NCBI GenBank assembly: GCA_964016885.1
Contig: OZ024743.1
Span: 11,842,001-11,906,000 of the forward strand
Source: Eledone cirrhosa
Taxonomy: Eukaryota
Direction of reading: 5' to 3'
DNA length: 64,000 nt
Below the pieces are notes generated by a model that worked only from the letters and a program-made list of their open reading frames with translations, searched no databases and was not told the origin of the DNA. Made by a program: the position numbers and the translations under genes. Each line of letters starts with the position of its first letter. Positions within the stretch are counted from its first letter, which is position 1. Of the stretch, positions 28,301 through 42,825 are shown one piece after another.

Positions 28301-30792
28301 GAAGATACAGAGTAGTATGGTAGGGTATGAAACTAAGGTTATAATATTGTAAGGAAGGGAGAAAGATAGGAAGATACAGAGTAGTATGGTAGGGTATGAA
28401 GGAAAGGTTATAATAGTGTAAGGAAGGGAGAAAGATAGGAAGATACAGAGTAGTATGGTAGGGTATGAAGGTAAGGTTATAATATTGTAAGGAAGGGAGA
28501 AAGATAGGAAGATACAGAGTAGTATGGTAGGGTATGAAACTAAGGTTATAATATTGTAAGGAAGGGAGAAAGATAGGAAGATACAGAGTAGTATGGTAGG
28601 GTATGAAGGAAAGGTTATAATATTGTAAGGAAGGGAGAAAGATAGGAAGATACAGAGTAGTATGGTAGGGTATGAAACTAAGGTTATAATATTGTAAGGA
28701 AGGGAGAAAGATAGGAAGATACAGAGTAGTATGGTAGGGTATGAAGGTAAGGTTATAATAGTGTAAGGAAGGGAGAAAGATAGGAAGATACAGAGTAGTA
28801 TGGTAGGGTATGAAGGAAAGGTTATAATAGTGTAAGGAAGGGAGAAAGATAGGAAGATACAGAGTAGTATGGTAGGGTATGAAGGTAAGGTTATAATAGT
28901 GTAAGGAAGGGAGAAAGATAGGAAGATACAGAGTAGTATGGTAGGGTATGAAGGTAAGGTTATAATAGTGTAAGGAAGGGAGAAAGATAGGAAGATACAG
29001 AGTAGTATGGTAGGGTATGAAACTAAGGTTATAATATTGTAAGGAAGGGAGAAAGATAGGAAGATACAGAGTAGTATGGTAGGGTATGAAGGTAAGGTTA
29101 TAATATTGTAAGGAAGGGAGAAAGATAGGAAGATACAGAGTAGTATGGTAGGGTATGAAGGTAAGGTTATAATATTGTAAGGAAGGGAGAAGATAGGAAG
29201 ATACAGAGTAGTATGGTAGGGTATGAAGGTAAGGTTATAATAGTGTAAGGAAGGGAGAAAGATAGGAAGATACAGAGTAGTATGGTAGGGTATGAAGGTA
29301 AGGTTATAATAGTGTAAGGAAGGGAGAAAGATAGGAAGATACAGAGTAGTATGGTAGGGTATGAAACTAAGGTTATAATATTGTAAGGAAGGGAGAAAGA
29401 TAGGAAGATACAGAGTAGTATGGTAGGGTATGAAGGTAAGGTTATAATATTGTAAGGAAGGGAGAAAGATAGGAAGATACAGAGTAGTATGGTAGGGTAT
29501 GAAGGAAAGGTTATAATATTGTAAGGAAGGGAGAAAGATAGGAAGATACAGAGTAGTATGGTAGGGTATGAAGGAAAGGTTATAATATTGTAAGGAAGGG
29601 AGAAAGATAGGAAGATACAGAGTAGTATGGTAGGGTATGAAGGTAAGGTTATAATATTGTAAGGAAGGGAGAAGATAGGAAGATACAGAGTAGTATGGTA
29701 GGGTATGAAGGTAAGGTTATAATATTGTAAGGAAGGGAGAAAGATAGGAAGATACAGAGTAGTATGGTAGGGTATGAAGGTAAGGTTATAATATTGTAAG
29801 GAAGGGAGAAGATAGGAAGATACAGAGTAGTATGGTAGGGTATGAAGGTAAGGTTATAATAGTGTAAGGAAGGGAGAAAGATAGGAAGATACAGAGTAGT
29901 ATGGTAGGGTATGAAGGTAAGGTTATAATAGTGTAAGGAAGGGAGAAAGATAGGAAGATACAGAGTAGTATGGTAGGGTATGAAGGTAAGGTTATAATAT
30001 TGTAAGGAAGGGAGAAGATAGGAAGATACAGAGTAGTATGGTAGGGTATGAAGGTAAGGTTATAATAGTGTAAGGAAGGGAGAAAGATAGGAAGATACAG
30101 AGTAGTATGGTAGGGTATGAAGGTAAGGTTATAATAGTGTAAGGAAGGGAGAAAGATAGGAAGATACAGAGTAGTATGGTAGGGTATGAAGGTAAGGTTA
30201 TAATATTGTAAGGAAGGGAGAAGATAGGAAGATACAGAGTAGTATGGTAGGGTATGAAGGTAAGGTTATAATATTGTAAGGAAGGGAGAAAGATAGGAAG
30301 ATACAGAGTAGTATGGTAGGGTATGAAGGTAAGGTTATAATATTGTAAGGAAGGGAGAAGATAGGAAGATACAGAGTAGTATGGTAGGGTATGAAGGTAA
30401 GGTTATAATATTGTAAGGAAGGGAGAAAGATAGGAAGATACAGAGTAGTATGGTAGGGTATGAAGGTAAGGTTATAATATTGTAAGGAAGGGAGAAAGAT
30501 AGGAAGATACAGAGTAGTATGGTAGGGTATGAAGGTAAGGTTATAATAGTGTAAGGAAGGGAGAAAGATAGGAAGATACAGAGTAGTATGGTAGGGTATG
30601 AAGGTAAGGTTATAATAGTGTAAGGAAGGGAGAAAGATAGGAAGATACAGAGTAGTATGGTAGGGTATGAAACTAAGGTTATAATAGTGTAAGGAAGGGA
30701 GAAAGATAGGAAGATACAGAGTAGTATGGTAGGGTATGAAGGTAAGGTTATAATATTGTAAGGAAGGGAGAAGATAGAAAGATAGAGAGTAG
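25374..30792. repeat. 69-bp satellite array, about 78 units
   Basis: Unit ttataatattgtaaggaagggagaaagataggaagatacagagtagtatggtagggtatgaaggtaagg with a few recurring variants. Confidence 0.97.
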
Positions 30793-33472
30793 TGTAGTGA
30801 CCTACATTCCGCGGGCTCACATACATTCTCTGTGCGTGATTTGGCTCAGTTCAGCCAATCAGCGCCAGTAGAAGAGGATGAATCCCTACGCGCCCTGAGG
30901 AAGAAATTCACCGCGAAGATTTGAAGAATCTCGCTCTTGTACCGGAAACTTCAAACCAGCAACACGCATAATGTAACAGTGAGATATTGCACCCCTAGCC
31001 TCGCCGGCTTAACGGCGCAATGGCACATTCCCTAATGTAACCTCTTTTTATCTGTAACTTCAACCATATAAATAAACAAACATTGCATCTCTAATTACTG
31101 CGGTTGAAGTCGTTATTATGTTTCTCTTGTCTCAATGACATCTTTAATCCATGCTGCTGGAATTGGCGCCCTGACGAAAGGAATATTGTAAATAGATGGT
31201 AAATAGATCGAGGGACCTTCCCTCACGTCTATGTCAACAAGATAATCCAACGAGGATACTATCACTTACCACACTGGCAACTAACGACCACTGATTCTGC
31301 CACCCTGCTAATGTGGCGATAACATCTACAACCAATACTGCTAAAGTGGTGACCGACGTAAGAATATCACGCAGCCCTTCTTATTCATTTAGTTTAACTT
31401 TTATTGTCACGTCGCAACTTGCGAAAATCCAGAATATTCCTTAAGATTTTTGAAAAATTAGCAGTATTTCAAAAACTTTTTCGCCACGAAAAAATTTCAA
31501 GATGGCTACCGACATGTCATGGCTACGCTTGACAACAACAATGACAGCAGCAGCGACAGCGTTGTTTAACCACTGACCAATACAGGGAACAGTGAGTGGC
31601 AGCTTCATAACCTTACCAACGCCAACCACCACACATCGGAAATTTCAAAACGGCTTGTAACTTTACCGACGCAACCACCATACCTTCTGTCTCGTTACCA
31701 CAGGGACGCGAGAAATTGAGACAGTAGTTTTCTCACCATTATGGCGTCAGACGTGACTGCCATATTTGGTGACTCCTACTCTACAGAAGATTCTTTGACT
31801 TTGCTTTAACAATAAGCAACACAACCGTGTGGCGGGACGGGAAAATGACCACGAAATCTCACAAAAACACCATACATCTAACCCATAACGGCATTAACAA
31901 ACTTCTTTTTCAGTTTTCAGATAGAACTAGTGTCTGTACACTGGTGATGTGTGAACTATTTGACTTTGAAAAACTTTGAACTTATTGAGCAATTTCTCTG
32001 CTCCCCTAGATTGACTTTGAATTATCAGTTTGTTACATTCACATATTTCTTTGTAGAATGCATTTACTTGTTTTGTGCTCTTTTGCTATTTGCTTGCTCA
32101 TGGTTTTTGTTCATTCACATTCTTTGCTGTTTTACATGCCTGCATATGCACACATTTTTTTTATCACACACCAACATGTTGTTCTTGGTATATGTTCTTC
32201 AAACGTAATATTCTGCGAGTCCCTTTTCACCTGGTTGAGATGCTGGCAGCTCACAGAGCTTAATCCACTGGATTCAAACAGTCACCGCAACACGAGAATA
32301 CTAATTGCCGCTGAACTCAAACAGCTTCGCATCTCGTTGCACACTGATCGTCCATGACGGCCATCCGTCTTGTTGTTTTTGCCCGACTCGCTGGGAAAGC
32401 AACAAATTGAACTGGACTTGTTAGCATTTCGGCCACTTCTGTGGATTCGCCCAAATTATGGAATTTACACTGCAACCCACCTACAAATTAAACTTGCCTT
32501 TTGTTCTTTACAAAGCAACCAGCCATTTTTTCCTGGCTCCACAGCACATTCGACAATACATCTGGGGGCCATCATTTTCTCGCCAGCACTGGTAAACTAC
32601 CATAATAGCTTCGTTCACAGCTACTGGTACAACGCTTACCATTAACATTTAATGCAAGAACAGCAACTTCGCCCATGCCAGACTTTATCCGTTTTTTGTT
32701 AGACCTTTGGCGGTCACGTATAAACAACAAAACAACTGGTCATTTGACACAGCGGCTCAACACGGCCCGTAGCGCCTCATTTTTTGTTCTTGCGTGCAAC
32801 CTTCTGCTCAATTATTTTTTTCACTGATGTGCTCTTTCAGCATTTGTTCTTGCTGATTTAATATGTGAGTCCTTGGTTTCTTCGTTATCGATTTTCGGCT
32901 GAAAATCTGGTTGGAGGTGATGTAGTGACCTACATTCCGCGGGCTCACATACATTCTCTGTGCGTAATTTGGCTCAGTTCAGCCAATCAGCGCCAGTAGA
33001 AGGGGATGTATCCCTACGCGCCCTGAGGAAGAAATTCACCGCGAAGATTTGAAGAATCTCGCTCTTGTACCGGAAACTTCAAGCCAGCAACACGCATAAT
33101 GTAACAGTGAGATATTGCATCCCTAGCCTCGCCAGCTTAACGGCGCAATGGCACATTCCCTAATGTAACCTCTTTTTATCTGTAACTTCAACCATATAAA
33201 TAAACAAACATTTCATCTCTAATTACTGCGGTTGAAGTCGTTATTATGTTACTCTTGTCTCAATGACATCTTTAATCCATGCTGCTGGAATTGGCGACCT
33301 GACGAAAGGAATATTGTAAATAGATGGTAAATAGATCGAGGGACCTTCCCTCACGTCTATGTCAACAAGATAATCCAACGAGGATACTATCACTTACCAC
33401 ACTGGCAACTAACGACCACTGATTCTGCCACCCTGCTAATGTGGCGATAACATCTATAACCAATACTGCTAA
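30793..33472 (+). mobile_element. Non-autonomous LTR-retrotransposon-like element: 552-bp direct repeats 30793-31344 and 32921-33472, non-coding interior
   Basis: Both repeats begin TGTAGTG; PBS-like tggtgaccgacgt at 31347; purine-rich ggttggaggtga before the second repeat; AATAAA inside the repeats. Confidence 0.75.
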
Positions 33473-34310
33473 GGTTATAATAGTGTAAGGAAGGGAGAAA
33501 GATAGGAAGATACAGAGTAGTATGGTAGGGTATGAAGGAAAGGTTATAATATTGTAAGGAAGGGAGAAAGATAGGAAGATACAGAGTAGTATGGTAGGGT
33601 ATGAAGGAAAGGTTATAATATTGTAAGGAAGGGAGAAAGATAGGAAGATACAGAGTAGTATGGTAGGGTATGAAGGAAAGGTTATAATAGTGTAAGGAAG
33701 GGAGAAAGATAGGAAGATACAGAGTAGTATGGTAGGGTATGAAGGAAAGGTTATAATATTGTAAGGAAGGGAGAAAGATAGGAAGATACAGAGTAGTATG
33801 GTAGGGTATGAAGGTAAGGTTATAATATTGTAAGGAAGGGAGAAAGATAGGAAGATACAGAGTAGTATGGTAGGGTATGAAGGAAAGATAATATTGTAAG
33901 AAAGGGAGAAAGATAGGAAGATACAGAGTAGTATGGTAGGGTATGAAGGTAAGGTTATAATATTGTAAGGAAGGGAGAAAGATAGGAAGATACAGAGTAG
34001 TATGGTAGGGTATGAAGGTAAGGTTATAATATTGTAAGGAAGGGAGAAGATAGGAAGATACAGAGTAGTATGGTAGGGTATGAAGGTAAGGTTATAATAT
34101 TGTAAGGAAGGGAGAAAGATAGGAAGATACAGAGTAGTATGGTAGGGTATGAAGGTAAGGTTATAATATTGTAAGGAAGGGAGAAGATAGGAAGATACAG
34201 AGTAGTATGGTAGGGTATGAAGGTAAGGTTATAATATTGTAAGGAAGGGAGAAAGATAGGAAGATACAGAGTAGTATGGTAGGGTATGAAGGAAAGATAA
34301 TATTGTAAAG
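33470..34310. repeat. Continuation of the 69-bp satellite, about 12 units
   Basis: Same unit as 25374-30792. Confidence 0.95.
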
Positions 34311-34547
34311 GAGTGTGAAAGATACATGTGAATATCACGACACACCATTATTGGGGTAATTGCTGACCTTGTGCCAGTAGAAACAATTATACACTTACAA
34401 ACGTGCACCAAGGGATGTAATTAGGAGAATATAAAATAAAGATTAATAGTCTCCCTTGAGAAGATATTTGTTATGTTTTTCAATACATTTTCTAAACTTC
34501 GGAAAAATTGTCTTGTTTGCAATCAAAAACATTACTTTATGATGATA

Positions 34548-34601
<54 letters not shown>

Positions 34602-34884
34602 CATCATTATGGCTTTGTATGCATGTTTATGTGCATATATATATATACATATTTTTCTATTTGATATGTTTTATCTTACACCGCATTTGTCTATCTTTCT
34701 TTACTTACTGTCTCTCTCTTCTTCTCTGCTTGTTGTATCTGTCTGTTGATATTTGATCATGGCCTTTGCTTTACGTTCGAAATAGCAGCAATTGTATCGG
34801 ATCCCGCCTTTCTGCCTATCTACTGCCACATCGTGTTCGTTTATTCAGAGAGAGACAGGGGGGGGGGGCGGAGAAAGAGACAGC

Positions 34885-34918
<34 letters not shown>

Positions 34919-35396
34919 GAGAGAGTGTGTGTGTGTGTGAGAGAGAGACCATGGATGAAGGATACGGTCGAGACAGTATCTGGTGAGCCTTGTCAATGTG
35001 AGTGTAGAAACGGTGTTTGTTGTTATACGGGAGACCACGGATGAAAGATTGGCCCCGTTAGAGACCGACGCAGGCAATGGTGACCCCCGTCGATGTGAAT
35101 GAAGAGGCAGTTGTTATTTTTGTTCTATAGACTGTAAAAAAAGGGTTGGCTCCGATCGAGGCCGATGCAGGCATTGGTGACCCATATCGATGCGAAGGAA
35201 GTGACGGTGGTTGTTGTTATTTGAGGGACCGTGGATGAAGATATATAGTGAAATAAAAATTAGTTTCTTTGTTGTTTCTAATGTTCGTCTCTTTCAGTAT
35301 CTATATTATGTTATTTAAAAGTATTTTGGCTGCTATTTTCAGTTTTAATATTCGTGTGTGTCATCATTTCTTTTTCAAAAGGTATAAGAGTATAGA

Positions 35397-35729
35397 CCCT
35401 CTTCATTCACGAATGACCATGGGATTTGCATCTAGAAAGTTCCTCTCCCAGACACAAGTCTGGGCAAGGTTATTTGTGGAAGTCCAGCAGTCACCCATGC
35501 ATATCAGTCTCTCATCTTCACGACCCAACTGTTGTCCAAGGAAAAGGTAAAGGCCGATATAGCTTGGCACCAGTGATGTCACAGCTCATTTCTACAGCTG
35601 AGTGAACTGGAACATCGTGAAATAAAGTGTCTTACTCAAGGACACAACACATCACCCAACCCGCAAATCCAACTTACAACCTTACGACTGCAAGCCCGAC
35701 AATCTAACCACAAAGCCTTGCGCCTTCAC
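35397..35729 (-). mobile_element. tRNA-derived SINE with a CORE-like domain (second family)
   Basis: Reverse complement begins gtgaaggcgcaaggctttgtggttag and contains the CORE-like gtccttgagtaagacact. Confidence 0.6.
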
Positions 35730-35799
35730 TCTTTCAAAAGTTACATTGTGAATTAAAAATATATTTGGCTGCTTCTAATGTTCTTTGTTTCAATATCTA

Positions 35800-35862
<63 letters not shown>

Positions 35863-35995
35863 CAGTGTACTAGTGTATATGTAATTTATATAAAACTACC
35901 TCCAGGTTATATATATATATCATCATCAACATCATCATATATAAAACTATGTTCAGGCTATACTTTATATAAAACTATATTCGGTGTATATGTAA

Positions 35996-36102
<107 letters not shown>

Positions 36103-36145
36103 CACCATCATCATCATCATCATCGTTTAACGTCTATTTTCCACA

Positions 36146-36182
<37 letters not shown>

Positions 36183-36523
36183 TAACCCACCGGGTATATG
36201 TATGAACTGTATTATGGAATGTAAATGTATATTTGTCTTTATGTTTGGGTTCCACCCTCAGGCTGTCCCATTTTATATATAGTATGTACAAAGTTTAGAA
36301 ATATTTCTAAATCCGAAACACTCTAATCTCAATCAGTTCAGGTAAAGGTTTTACCCCCTATATATACTTACATATAAACCTGTGCTGTAGCTACAGAAAT
36401 TGTCAGTGACACTATACAAAGCCTTAACTTCTACGCCTTGTCCATTCTCGCACTAATATTTCCTCTCCACATTTGTGCGCAACTAATTTCAGGAGATATA
36501 TTATATTATTATATAATTCTCCA

Positions 36524-36925
36524 GGGTAGTGGATTGAGAGTCTCGGTAGAACGTCGGGTAAGATGCTTTGCAGTATAGAGTTACAGTTCTTTACGTTCTG
36601 AGTTCAATTCTAGCCGAACTTAGCTTTTCCTTTCATCTTTACAGGACCGATAAAATAAAGTACCAGTAATGCACTGGTTTCGATTTGATCGAATCTCCCC
36701 CACCACGCTCCATATTATTGCCTTCCTGCCTATATCAGAATCATAAGGCAGTATCGGTAGAGGGTCGGACGCCATGCTTTGCAGCACAGTTACGTCCCTT
36801 TACGGACTGAGTTCAAATCCCGCCAAGGTTAACTTTGCCTTTCATCCTTACGGGGTCGATAAAATAAAGTACCAGTAATACACTGGAATAATTGCTGGCC
36901 TTGTGCCTAAAGTAGAAACAATTAT
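36524..36925 (+). mobile_element. Two tandem tRNA-SINE copies (old 36524-36745, young 36748-36925)
   Basis: Similarity to 22142-22328. Confidence 0.75.
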
Positions 36926-38059
36926 TATTATTTTACTGTTGATCGAAGAATATGTTCAAAAGAAGAATTAGAAACCAAATTTGTCCGTTCAAGGGACATA
37001 ACTGTGGCAATATTTATCAATTGATATGGATAAAATAGTTGTTGTTTTCTTGTGTGTGTGTGAGGGTGGGGGTGGGCGGGGAGGAGGGGGGATGTCTCTC
37101 AGTACATTAACGTAATAACTATTATTTCTATATGAAAATGTGGGTAAAAGAAGACTCACAAAATTGATTGTTAATTCAAATAAAAAAAAAGATAAAAATT
37201 AAGTAACGATGAGGAGGAGACACAATATAAATAACAAAATATATTCTGTAATTCAGACAAATTTAGTAGGAAACAACACATGATAAGGATGGTGGCAATA
37301 ATCTTATTAAATGGTTTAGCTGTTTTGATACCAAACCACCTAGTTCTATGATATAGACTTGGTAATATATATCTAAAACCTTTGCATCATAATTTTATGT
37401 AAGAACCTTTGTTTAGTGATGTTCCACACATCTGTTTGGAGAGAGTTAGTTATATTACTATATCCCCCATGATTATTTTAAAACTTACTTGAAAAACATT
37501 GGTTGTGTTATTCATGAGAAGTATTATAATAGAAATTAACCATCGATGACTAAAAATAAAGTTAGTCAGAGTTATCTACATTGAATTCATAACTAATTCC
37601 TAATTAAATTCAATGATAAATATTGTTTAGTTTAAATGAGGAATCTCCATAGTAATCCAAATCGGACCCGTGTGTTGACTACCCAAGGGGTTGATTGAAC
37701 TTTTGCACCAAAATCTGACATTTGTATAAGAAATAGAAATATATCTAATACTACAATAAAATACAACTTGTTATACAAGTTTCTGATTTACAAGCAGCCA
37801 CTCTTTATTGTTTATTTATTTTATATTCTGTTTACTGGTTTATTTTTTTAACATGCATGGGGTCGCTGGGAGTCAAGGATTCTATGAAGGAGTCGATGGT
37901 CTCACATACGTTTCAGTTTTGGCATGGTTTCAGCAGATGGATGCCCTTCTTAACAGCAACCACTTTATAGAAGGTAGTGGGTGTATTTTATCATGGCTCC
38001 GGCATTAGGGAGTTTGTCGTCTCCCTGACGTAATAGAAGAATCCTCCCAAACCTTTATT

Positions 38060-38390
38060 CTGAAAATGTTTTACCATGTGTATCAACTTTCAGCCCCCAA
38101 AATATCGAAATGTTTGACCACCTTCGCAAAAACCTTCCTATTTTATATGAAAATGATAAAATGAAAAAATTCTAGAAGCACAGAAAATTATCAAGAGTAA
38201 AAGTCAGCCCCAGACACTAAAACATATCCTTACTGGGGCAAATCCACAAACAAATCTCCAACCCCACTGTTAAAGAATGTGGAAGAAGAAATTGTGGTAC
38301 CTACTTATTTCTAATTGTAGGACCAGAATTCAAATTTAAGGAGGTTCAAACTTTCAGAATGAAAGAAAATTTCACCTGCAACTCGGAAAA
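38060..38390 (+). mobile_element. Degenerate Neptune-like PLE linker fragment
   Basis: Reads IIKSKSQPQTLKHILT and KECGRRNCGTY...KENFTCNSEN, matching the motif order at 24.2-24.4 kb. Confidence 0.55.
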
Positions 38391-38399
38391 TCGTCTTCA

Positions 38400-39612
38400 A
38401 ATCTGGCTACATGACATCAAAAGTCGGAAACATTCTAATGGACACAAGTGATATTGAGAGATAGTCGGAATATGTAGTAGAACTAACTCACCATCTTAGA
38501 TAAGAAAAAGCTTGGAAGGTCCACGAATCCTCAAGGATGAAGTGCGTAACGCACTGAATAAAGTGAAATATAGTAAGGCATCGGGTCGAGAGGAAATAAC
38601 AATAAGGTTACTGGAAGCCCTTGGCAAAATAGAAATTTCTTAACTTAAGAAACTGTTTAACATCACATGACAGGAGAGTAATCCCCAGGACATGGAAACG
38701 TCAGTCTTTATCACTCTACCGAAGCCCGAAACCACTGGGTGTGACCAACACAGAACAATTAGTCTTTTGAACCACATAACAAATATTCTGCCTGCAATCT
38801 CATGACACGAATGAAAAACAAAATTCACTGGGAAATATCAGACACCTAATTCGGATTTGTTCCGGACAAGAGCACTAGAAAGATCCACCAAAGTTCAAAA
38901 AGACATCTTTCTATGCGTCATAGACTATTCAAAAGCGCTCGACAAGGTGAAGCATGATGATCTGTTCAGCATACTCCAAGAATTAGACACGGATGGCAAA
39001 AACCTGTGAGTTCTTCGAAATTTGTATTGGGAACAAAAGGCTGCTATAAGAATAGAGAGCGAGAACAGCAATTTCAAAATGACTCGAAGAGATGTCAGAT
39101 AGGGCTGCGTGCTTTCACCTTTATCAAAAGATGCTTTTAACAAAATGAAATCCATATTTACAAGCAGAAATGTAAGTGTTTTCACAAAAGTCTGCGTCCT
39201 GAAAACATACGTATTGTCCGTCCTTCTATACGGTTGTGAATGCTGGACGATAAACAATAAAATGGCAAGGAAAATCGAAGCCGCTGAAATATGGTACTTC
39301 CGGAGAATATTCAACATATCTTGGACGGAAAAGTAAACTAACCATAAAGACCTAAGACTGGCAGGCACGGAAAGATAATCTTGTCCATACTATTAGAAAG
39401 AGGTAACTGGAATGTGGTGGCCACATAAACAGAAGATCTTTGAAAGAGGAGACAAGGAAGACAAAGAACAACATTTACAGAGAGTCTGAACAAATAAGTC
39501 AACGAAAATAGGACGAGAAAGAGCGACCTCATCCGGAACACTGACACCAAGAAGAACTAGAGAGCCATGATCGCAGATGTCTCGAACAGACCTGGCACCT
39601 GATGATAATGAT
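38400..39612 (+). mobile_element. Degenerate RTE LINE with a (TGA)n-like tail
   Basis: HRTISLLNH, DYSKALDKVKH, VLLYGCECWTI; many stops and deletions. Confidence 0.8.
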
Positions 39613-39929
39613 AGTTTAGAGAAGGGTAATTAACATTCAAGTTCTTCGGACGAAACAACATTTTTTAGATATAAATCAGATAAGGGAAAACCAAGAAAAA
39701 CTTTGCCAGTGTTAGTAAAATTAAGAAGTTATCTCAGAATATGCTCACCAATGCCGCCAGCAACGAGAGATCACACATGCATTTGAGACAAGGGATAACC
39801 TTTAAGAACGCTGATGACGTGCCATAGACAAGGAGGCGTGGATATCAATGTCAGACAAAATATGAGGACCCCAAGATGGAGCCTCTTCACAGCTCAATGT
39901 GCATGCTTTTATGAACAGACAACAACTCA

Positions 39930-40170
39930 TCGCGTCCCTTCACCATCTCTTTTGTGAGCTTCAGCGATTGAGATTAGTTTTCCCCACCTCCGCCTAAGTC
40001 TTCTTTGGTTTTCTTCTATTAGATCTTTCTTCCACTGGAAATTCTTGGCACTTCTTTACCCAGTGATCATTATCCATGTGAATCACATGTCCATACCAGC
40101 GCACTATATCTGATTCCTCTTATACCCAGTTTTTCTCTTCAGTTCATCCATACTTTGCCGTTAGCGCCCA
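39930..40170 (-). mobile_element. Old RTE-like 3' fragment
   Basis: Reverse complement reads LRWYGHV-like and RRKPKKT-like motifs. Confidence 0.5.
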
Positions 40171-41138
40171 TTAACATTACACTCCCCATCGAATCATGCT
40201 CGCTTCATTTTTCTCATGTCTTCGCATATACACTGTTTCACTACCATGAAAAAGCGTACATCGCACACAGGCGTCATATAGCCGGCCGTTCCAAACTACA
40301 ACTAATCACCGACCTAAGCACCATACGGACGAGAGATGTCTTTTCTTGTGAAAATGAGTATAGCTTTCATTATATAAAATTTCCCCATTTTGACACATTT
40401 CTCCCCGTTTTGGGGTCCCTTTTTTCATGGTTGGGTTTTTAGAGGTTGGCAGGTCTGTATACGATATGAATTAATATTCATACAAGAAACTTGCATTGTA
40501 AACGATGCAAATTTATCCACTTATAACATATCATCAAAGTATTTAGGACTCACAGAGCATTTATTCAAGAGTCATATCAACTAGTATAACAGTATATTAT
40601 TTCGCTGATATCTGGAAAACAACATACCATTTTCTAAATCTGTTTGCTGGTCAAGGGATAAGAAGGGACAAAAAGCATTACACAATTTGTACTATGTTAA
40701 CTCTGCGGCTGCCGAAAAAGGAGAGCCGGAAGTGTGGACGAGATCTTGCCGGAAGCGAAGGACCAGTGACATCACATCAGGGTTAGAGTGCCTATCACTG
40801 TCTCATTTTCGTCAGATCGTAGCTTGGTGTGGACGTCTTACTTCAACTATGGCGACACAGAATACAATTTCCTTTCGTGATTTTTTAACCAGACCCACGG
40901 CTTCTGCTGAATAGCAGTTGAGGTGAGAGACCACGTGATTATTTGAAATTTAACTGAACGTGATTTAAACCGTCCAGATATTATCAGGCGTGTATTTTCA
41001 ACATTTAACCTTGGTGATCTGCACGAAACCAGGTTTACACACACATACACACACACACACAATGCATATATGTGTGAATGTACGTGTATGCTTACAATGA
41101 TATTAAATAAATGGAAACTATATTTATAAAACCATATT

Positions 41139-41200
41139 TATTCTATTATATATATTTCAAGGGTACCAAAAATTTTAGTACGCTGTCATCAGATAAAATA
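41139..41200 (-). ncRNA. Minimal type I hammerhead in a solo PLE terminal fragment (about 41101-41215)
   Basis: Reverse complement tattttat CTGATGA cagcgtactaaaa-tttttggtaccctt GAAA tatata TA atagaata, followed by the same terminus as at 13767-13807. Confidence 0.75.
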
Positions 41201-41732
41201 CGAAGTGTGTTTTATAAATTTTGACATAACCAAGGATAATATACCTTAACGGTTCAAGTTATGCGTGTATGTTTATGTGTGTGTGTACGTACGTGCGGAT
41301 GTGTGTATCAATACACATAATATATACACACATCCATATATGTGCTTACGTAGTCTAACACATACGCACACACACTCTCTCTCTCATACACACACGTTTG
41401 TGAACCTTTGCTAATTTGGTGATACACCAGCAATAGCACAACAGCGCGAGCCAAGTTATAGCCATTTGTATTCTTCTAGATTCCAAGTTAAATGGAAACA
41501 GTATTAAGTGGTAGGATATCTAAATAAATGCAATTTTCTAATGAAATAAGTCAAAGCTGCCTTCCAGCCATGAAGACAATTACATCATTTGTTCGACAAA
41601 GGAAGCATTATTCCAAGAAAGTTCTATCGTTTACTACAGATCAATCAGTCGGCTTGCTTGGCATTTTGGATCTGTTTCTATGTGAGAACGCAAGCACAAT
41701 ATACTTATTTATTACCCGCTTCTCCCCACACC

Positions 41733-41805
<73 letters not shown>

Positions 41806-41864
41806 CCTACCTATTTATGCGTATAGATATGTCAAAATATTGTATGTATAACAACACCCTCAGC

Positions 41865-41981
<117 letters not shown>

Positions 41982-42124
41982 TCGTATGTGGTTGATGACT
42001 AAGAGATAAGAGTACTCAATACCGAAGTAGAGTTTTAATATTCATTTCTTAAGGCTAAACAGGCGAAACTCCAAAGTAACAAGACTCACTATTTAGCCTC
42101 AATAAATATACATACATACATACA

Positions 42125-42732
42125 TGGTGGCTGCCAACTCGTTTTCGAGTACGGCCACTACTTTATATCCATATAGGAGAACCTCGACCGATGCGCTGAA
42201 CGAGTGTGACTTTTTAGTCCAGCCTGTGACATGAAAACTCTGGTACAAACACTACACTTGTGACAATTATTGACACATAGTGCTGGGCCCATGGTACCAT
42301 GTGACGACAAGTGCAGAGAGATCTCCAGATATAAAGCAATGCCTGTGCCGTGAAGCTTTTATAGTGAGCAAAGGCACTGCACAAAGCCAGTCCCACTCTC
42401 TTAACCAAGATGATATTTACCAAAAAGAAGAACAAGTCAACATCATTGGATACCATCAGGGTTGCAGGTGTTATATCAGAGTTTTCCTTCTCCTAGAATT
42501 CTGCCTTGACAAAGGCTAAGGGGTCTTCTCTCCCGGTGATTTTGGATGGCCATTGACTCTTAAGAGCTCCTTTGCCCTTTGACAGGTTTTGTTTTTAGTC
42601 CTGCATGATGTCCAAAGTCACCCTCCTCACCAAGAAACCTTGGTGGGGTTGCCAGTTTAGTCGCCAACGACCCGACCATGGGACAGGTTGTACTGGGATA
42701 CATGTTACCAGTAGCACCAACTGGTGACCTGA
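42125..42732 (-). mobile_element. About 610-bp non-coding retroposon (RTE-like 5' region, (TATG)n tail) in (CATA)n
   Basis: Shares its end with 16388-16659; microsatellite on both sides. Confidence 0.6.
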
Positions 42733-42761
42733 CATACATACATACATACATGCATACATAC

Positions 42762-42825
<64 letters not shown>

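Noticed and set aside
25374-34310. CRISPR-like regular repeat and 23-aa repeat ORFs (24973-25629, 30335-30826, 34024-34338)
   Set aside because: Head-to-tail satellite with no unique spacers; ORFs arise because 69 is divisible by 3; eukaryotic context and no cas genes
40687-40914. GC-richer promoter-like stretch (ccggaag motifs, ATGGCG) with a short ORF
   Set aside because: The reading frame closes quickly and nothing is recognisable; may be a transposon fragment
42640-42732. Possible HDV-like ribozyme at the 5' end of the minus-strand retroposon (ccagt/actgg, gtcg/cgac, ctaa)
   Set aside because: Could not assemble P1 and P3 consistently by eye
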